DNA of 63,632 nucleotides, filler included, from Reticulomyxa filosa (taxonomy: Eukaryota; Protista; Foraminifera): assembly GCA_000512085.1 (NCBI GenBank). It is 26 parts of 26 records of this genome, joined end to end, with 100 filler letters (N's around TTAATTAATTAA, not from the genome) between each part and the next. Parts side by side here need not be neighbours in the genome. Positions count along the whole stretch, not along the records: positions 62,633 to 63,632 come from ASPP01042291.1; 25 more parts are not named here. One strand, written 5' to 3'. Below, one piece after another: positions 62,900 through 63,632 of the stretch (positions within the stretch are counted from its first letter, which is position 1; each line of letters begins with the position of its first letter). Made by a program: the position numbers and the translations under genes. The notes below the pieces were generated by a model. That model did not search any database. It had not been told where the DNA came from and saw nothing but the letters and a program-made list of their open reading frames with translations.

Positions 62900-63632
62900 A
62901 TTTTAAATATGTTGACTGATGTAATTATTTTTAAAAATTAAAGTTTGCAATTGTTTTTATTGCCTGAAATTATATTTATTACATTCTTTTTTAAATAGAA
63001 AAAGAATTTTACAAATTAGAATTACAACAATACTGCACATTGCAAATAGCGCAAACGTGATTTATTGATTTACGAAATATAAACAAGTTTAAATGATATA
63101 AACTAAATCAAAGATAATTAGTGTGAGACTTCACAAAGTGTAATATGAAAAAATTGCTTTTGAGTAATCCAACAAAGTAAAAACAAATAATTAATTCAAA
63201 CTTTTCTTTGTCGACACAGCATCGCTTTGCATTATGATTTAAAATCATTATGTAGGAAAGTGGATGATAAACAATAATTGTAATACTAAAATTTAATTTT
63301 GAAAAACTTCGCTAAATGAAGGTTAAATTAAGTAAAACAAAATAATACAACAGCAAAGCAACAAGAAATTGATACAGTTAAGTAAAGTTTTAAAGGGTTG
63401 CTCTTCTACAATTAAATTTTACTTATAATTAGTATTACATTGCTCAATTTTTGAACGAGCGCTTATTGCTCAAGAAAAACTTGCAGCAAATGAAAGTGTT
63501 CAATGTTTTCCAAGAAAGTATCTCCAAATTATATACGCTTTTGGCAATTATAGAGCCAGAACACAGACAAAATGACACCAATCCGTGGAGGACACCGAAT
63601 AATGTCGATGTAAGGATAAACTTACAACACCC

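Overview
This window is not one locus. It is 26 short contigs joined by 25 identical 100-nt artificial spacers (N44-TTAATTAATTAA-N44), so genes on opposite sides of a spacer are not neighbours. Most contigs are AT-rich eukaryotic DNA with GT-AG introns, homopolymer and microsatellite tracts, expanded WD40 and kelch-like families and many eroded gene copies. From my recollection of those family signatures, this resembles the foraminiferan Reticulomyxa filosa draft assembly (inference, not checked). Recognisable eukaryotic content: WD40 and kelch-like propellers, a kelch/SAM-like/U-box pseudogene, a GDP-fucose transporter, a UPF1-like helicase with degenerate catalytic motifs, a Rubicon-homology protein, TPR, RGS and CAP-Gly proteins, pseudogenes of V-ATPase subunit a, USP9/24/34 and a NO66-like JmjC enzyme, LINE and Tc1 remnants, and a candidate highly diverged LSU rRNA fragment. 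Two contigs are bacterial: a GC-rich one (1-1928; Asp/Glu racemase end, GNAT, B12 radical SAM) and an AT-richer one (50395-51770) with an ABC-ATPase plus DUF4435/TOPRIM pair, the PARIS anti-phage architecture. I found no demonstrably new multi-gene system. The best leads are the diverged rRNA-like segment, the pseudo-helicase, the 5'-T/3'-A intron architecture and the propeller-based ubiquitin ligase families.
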